A DNA stretch of 40,000 bases. Origin: Methanolobus bombayensis. GTDB taxonomy: Archaea > Halobacteriota > Methanosarcinia > Methanosarcinales > Methanosarcinaceae. The stretch is from contig NZ_JAGGKD010000001.1 in NCBI RefSeq assembly GCF_017873415.1, forward strand, positions 403,973 to 443,972, read 5' to 3'. Positions 36,523 through 40,000 of this stretch are shown piece by piece. Made by a program: the position numbers and the translations under genes. Position 1 is the stretch's first letter. Each line of letters opens with the position of its first letter. A model generated the notes under the pieces. That model saw nothing but the letters and a program-made list of their open reading frames with translations. It searched no databases and was not told the origin of the DNA.

Positions 36523-37833
36523 CTAAATAATAACTCTGGATTTTAGTAAATATGTTCGGGCTCCATTTGAAACAGCTTGTTCTCTGCTTACTAATTTTTT
36601 GTCAACCAAAGATATTACAATTCTTGAACATTTACGTGAGTCAACCTCAAGCTTCTTCCAAAGTTGATTTTGATAAATATCATCTTCTGCGATGATTATT
36701 TCTAACGCAACCCTCTCTAATTGTGTTAAACCTTTTTTATCAGATGGTGTTAAAATAGGTTTTACAGGAATGTTTCCCACTTTGACTAGAAGATTAGCAT
36801 ATAAGTCAATTAATTCCTGACAAAAGTTATAACTTATGGGAAGAACACCTACCATTTCACCCTTCTTTGCGTCATTCCAAGCAAAACCCTCAATTCCAAT
36901 ATTAAAATTTAAACCTGCAACTAGCTGTTCATCTGAGTTTTTTATACTAATCTGTTGGTTATCATGTAAGTCTTCGGTTGCAAGTGCAATAATACAGTCA
37001 TCAAATTGAGATAAGATTTGTTCAGCTGTTTCTTTAAAAAATATATATTCATCCTTGATTTCTTTTTCTTTACTTAAAAAAGCAGACTTTTCTTCAAATA
37101 ATTTTGAATTATAATTAACCAACTGATAAAAATTTTTTAATATTCTTTTTCTACTTGCAAATAATAATTTAATATTTCGAATTTGTTCTTTTTCTTTTTT
37201 TGATTCTTGGAACAGACCATGATATAAACATTTATCTCCTTTCGATAAACAAGATTTTTCAAAATATCTTGCAACAAACCTTTCTGCACTCTCTTTTGAT
37301 TGTCCTGTTAGTTGAACAAGAGCATTAATTCCACCTTCTTTATATACTGCATACCTTTCTGCTTCTAGTCTTTCTTGTTCTTGTATTTCCTTTCCTACAT
37401 TCTCTTTTAAAATCTTGATGTGCTCTTTTCTTTCTTTTTCTTCCCAACTAAGTTTTTCAATATTTGTGTATGTATTATTTAAGTAATTATGAACAAAATA
37501 TTGAAGACTAGCTGTGTTTTTTCCTGTTAATTTAGTAAGAGCCTGAATACCCCACATTTCATAAATTCTAATTTTTTCATAATTATAAAAAAGGATATTT
37601 CCGTTTACAAAACGTGACATAAAATTTACATCTGATTTACATGCTTTACAAAACCATTTATTCCTTTCTCCCAAAAATTCCACAGATGGTTTAAAGCAAT
37701 ACGGACAAACAATTGATGTTTTCTTAACAAGTGATTCGGTTTCATCAATTTTAAAAACTTCATGTCTAAATTGATTAATTTCCTTTATTGTATATTTTGT
37801 ATCATTTTCGGTTTTTTCCATCAGCTCACCCAA
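36523..37833 (-). CDS. Hypothetical protein with an N-terminal zinc ribbon, an internal duplicated motif and a C-terminal wHTH (casposon 2 right-arm cargo)
   Basis: The 436-aa product has CPYCF...CKACKS. An internal motif is duplicated (GIQALTKLTGKNTASLQYFVHNY and GINALVQLTGQSKESAERFVARYF). The C-terminus has a MarR-like wHTH (NQLWKKLEVDSRKCSRIVISLVDKKLVSRE). It has no counterpart in casposon 1. Confidence 0.55.
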   Translation of the reverse strand: MGELMEKTENDTKYTIKEINQFRHEVFKIDETESLVKKTSIVCPYCFKPSVEFLGERNKWFCKACKSDVNFMSRFVNGNILFYNYEKIRIYEMWGIQALTKLTGKNTASLQYFVHNYLNNTYTNIEKLSWEEKERKEHIKILKENVGKEIQEQERLEAERYAVYKEGGINALVQLTGQSKESAERFVARYFEKSCLSKGDKCLYHGLFQESKKEKEQIRNIKLLFASRKRILKNFYQLVNYNSKLFEEKSAFLSKEKEIKDEYIFFKETAEQILSQFDDCIIALATEDLHDNQQISIKNSDEQLVAGLNFNIGIEGFAWNDAKKGEMVGVLPISYNFCQELIDLYANLLVKVGNIPVKPILTPSDKKGLTQLERVALEIIIAEDDIYQNQLWKKLEVDSRKCSRIVISLVDKKLVSREQAVSNGARTYLLKSRVII

Positions 37834-38002
37834 AAACCATAATCTTGCAATAACAAAACTTCATTATAACATAAATATTACGGAATAAAAAAGAAAACAT
37901 TTTTGAATTTTATTTTAATACTCGTATTATATATGTCATAATATTATTATTAGGAGTTCCGTTTTTCTCAAATTGACAGGAAAAATTAGAGTTTTTTATG
38001 GA

Positions 38003-38032
38003 AGTTCGGTTTTTTGGGCTTACCTATTACCC
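38003..38032. repeat. Casposon 2 right terminal inverted repeat
   Basis: agttcggttttttgggcttacctattaccc is the reverse complement of the left TIR with 2 mismatches. Confidence 0.85.
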
Positions 38033-38046
38033 CGCATCATTTACCT
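38033..38046. repeat. Target-site duplication copy 3 (CGCATCATTTACCT)
   Basis: This copy is identical to copies 1 and 2. It is followed by the presumed original tRNA-Leu downstream flank (ttcaagttccc...). Confidence 0.85.
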
Positions 38047-38186
38047 TTCAAGTTCCCTGAATGTAAGTTACTGAATGTATGCAGATACCATTTTTTGTTT
38101 ACACCTTGGACACATTGGTCTTGTCATAATGTCACCTGGAAAAGTGCAACGCAAAAGGCTTTTATGGCTCAAAAATAATCTACTAA

Positions 38187-38213
38187 TTAGAAAAAGGACT
38201 GCCATAATGGCAG
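38187..38213 (-). terminator. Possible terminator hairpin plus T-run on the minus strand, beyond the CRISPR trailer end
   Basis: On the minus strand a CTGCCAT-T-ATGGCAG stem-loop is followed by TCCTTTTTCT. The position and orientation fit termination of a right-to-left pre-crRNA. The evidence is sequence only. Confidence 0.3.
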
Positions 38214-38288
38214 CCACGATTTCCGCGAGGGTGATTTCTAGCTCGAACTTAAAATCACCCTTGCATATTAGCAAACTTATTTTCTCAC

Positions 38289-40000
38289 CTCCTCTTGCGT
38301 TGGTATATTACAATTTGATTTTGAATACATTCTCTGCCGATTCTTACGCCACGAGATTAGTGTTTCAATCCTTGTTTTAGTGGATCTTGATTTTGAATGA
38401 TGGAGTTCTTCAGGAATGGTGTGATTGTACCTTTGTTTCAATCCTTGTTTTAGTGGATCTTGATTTTGAATCCGTCAATTATTACAATTTTGTATCCCAA
38501 TTCAACAGCTTTTAGTTTCAATCCTTGTTTTAGTGGATCTTGATTTTGAATTATTTTACAGTAATGAGCCTTAACTCATTACTTTTAGTTTCAATCCTTG
38601 TTTTAGTGGATCTTGATTTTGAATATCAGAGGTATTTGCAGCCGGTGAAACAGTTACATGTTTCAATCCTTGTTTTAGTGGATCTTGATTTTGAATAATA
38701 TGCTTTTCCTCGTTGAGAACCAGCATAATTGTTTCAATCCTTGTTTTAGTGGATCTTGATTTTGAATCTCCATTTCATTAATTGCTGTATTAGGCTGATA
38801 TCGTTTCAATCCTTGTTTTAGTGGATCTTGATTTTGAATTTGTTAATGTATTCCATTTTAATAGTACCATTCTTTTGTTTCAATCCTTGTTTTAGTGGAT
38901 CTTGATTTTGAATGATACGAGAATAACATAGCAATAGCAGCTATGATAAGTTTCAATCCTTGTTTTAGTGGATCTTGATTTTGAATTATTCCATTGGTGT
39001 TGAATATGATATACCTCCATTGTTTCAATCCTTGTTTTAGTGGATCTTGATTTTGAATTTATCAATTATCTTGACCGCAACCATATGAGATAATCCAGTT
39101 TCAATCCTTGTTTTAGTGGATCTTGATTTTGAATTGATTCTATCTTCTTTAATCTTCTCTGTTCCTTAAGTTTCAATCCTTGTTTTAGTGGATCTTGATT
39201 TTGAATGATAAATTGTGAACATTTTCAGTAAGTTTAGACATGATAGTTTCAATCCTTGTTTTAGTGGATCTTGATTTTGAATAAAATGAGTTATATTAAT
39301 ATCGTTTCTAGTATCAAGTTTCAATCCTTGTTTTAGTGGATCTTGATTTTGAATTCTTTCATCGGTATATACACATTTAACATTGAGGTTTCAATCCTTG
39401 TTTTAGTGGATCTTGATTTTGAATGCTTGTAAACGGTGGCATGTGATAAGTTTTCTTATAGTTTCAATCCTTGTTTTAGTGGATCTTGATTTTGAATCAG
39501 TTAAGAACAATTGGGGCAGTGATAATGTATATGGTTTCAATCCTTGTTTTAGTGGATCTTGATTTTGAATAAATGGCTCATTGCATATTTCAATATCGTA
39601 ACCATTGTTTCAATCCTTGTTTTAGTGGATCTTGATTTTGAATTGCTATCCATCAGGTACTTTCATCTTCATTATTGAGTTTCAATCCTTGTTTTAGTGG
39701 ATCTTGATTTTGAATCTAACCATAATTCGTATAGAAAAATCATCATGATATGTTTCAATCCTTGTTTTAGTGGATCTTGATTTTGAATTAGAAAATATTT
39801 TAGATGATAGATTTATCGTTTATAAGTTTCAATCCTTGTTTTAGTGGATCTTGATTTTGAATCTGCTGTCATTGGTTATTATATTGTTTTTATGGGAGTT
39901 TCAATCCTTGTTTTAGTGGATCTTGATTTTGAATAAAATTTTTGCTTCACTAGCTGCAAGCTCTTCACAGTTTCAATCCTTGTTTTAGTGGATCTTGATT
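38289..40000 (-). CRISPR. CRISPR array of 37-nt repeats; continues past the window end
   Basis: There are 22 identical repeats GTTTCAATCCTTGTTTTAGTGGATCTTGATTTTGAAT, the first at 38362-38398. One more repeat is truncated at 39970-40000. A degenerate copy at 38289-38325 matches 23/37, including the last 12 nt. The 23 spacers are unique and 33-43 nt long. The minus-strand repeat ends in ATTGAAAC, which is why I assign the minus strand. Confidence 0.95.

Larger units (their letters stand above)
29514..38032. mobile_element. Casposon 2 (Cas1 + PolB self-synthesizing transposon, family-2-like), 8519 bp
   Basis: The element is bounded by 30-bp TIRs (28/30 match) and flanked by identical 14-bp direct repeats. 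It has the same core gene order as casposon 1 but different TIR sequences and different cargo. Confidence 0.9.

Noticed and set aside
38068-38380. ORFs 38068-38274(-) and 38075-38380(+) between casposon 2 and the CRISPR array
   Set aside because: They overlap each other on opposite strands. The plus-strand ORF runs through the degenerate CRISPR repeat and spacer into the first perfect repeat. Neither has recognisable domains, so the region is better explained as tRNA-Leu downstream flank plus CRISPR trailer with hairpins.
38552-38587. A spacer with an internal 9-bp inverted repeat (AGTAATGAG...CTCATTACT) as a functional structure
   Set aside because: It occurs only once within a unique spacer and most likely just reflects the protospacer sequence.
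39425-39460. A spacer containing AAACGGTGG, resembling the IS left-end hairpin arm (caaacggtgg at 761-770)
   Set aside because: Only about 9-10 nt match, which is too short to indicate that the spacer targets the IS element.

Overview
The window looks like chromosomal DNA from an archaeon, probably a Methanosarcinales-type methanogen. That assignment is inferred from the gene content (PAN, MJ1255-type glycosyltransferases, tRNA shapes, CRISPR repeat family). Positions 1-20.2 kb are mostly ordinary. They hold a partial haem-c lipoprotein gene, tRNA-Glu(CUC), an IS200/IS605 element (tnpA + tnpB with subterminal hairpins) abutting the 3' end of pan, and a Q/P-rich protein. They also hold two DUF131-like membrane proteins, uvrB, tRNA-Gly(UCC), several membrane proteins and lipoproteins, and a SIMPL/DUF541 protein. 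Further along are two paralogous glycosyltransferases flanking a PHP phosphoesterase, a HAD hydrolase, a SOUL-family protein and a photolyase. The standout region is 20.4-38.0 kb. There tRNA-Leu(UAG) is followed by two tandem, related but non-identical casposons of 8982 bp and 8519 bp. Each encodes a stand-alone Cas1 (casposase), a family B DNA polymerase, an HNH nuclease, a wHTH protein, a small RHH protein and a conserved unknown protein, all in the same order. Each has its own terminal inverted repeats and its own unrelated cargo genes at both ends. The two elements are flanked and separated by three identical copies of the 14-bp target-site duplication CGCATCATTTACCT, and the first copy overlaps the last 4 nt of the tRNA. 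About 240 bp beyond the second casposon a CRISPR array begins. It has a degenerate terminal repeat, 22 identical 37-nt repeats and one repeat truncated by the window edge, and it runs off the window. Its repeat reads ...ATTGAAAC on the minus strand, so the array is probably transcribed right to left, with the leader and any cas genes outside the window. All calls come from reading the sequence and the supplied ORF translations. No database search was run.
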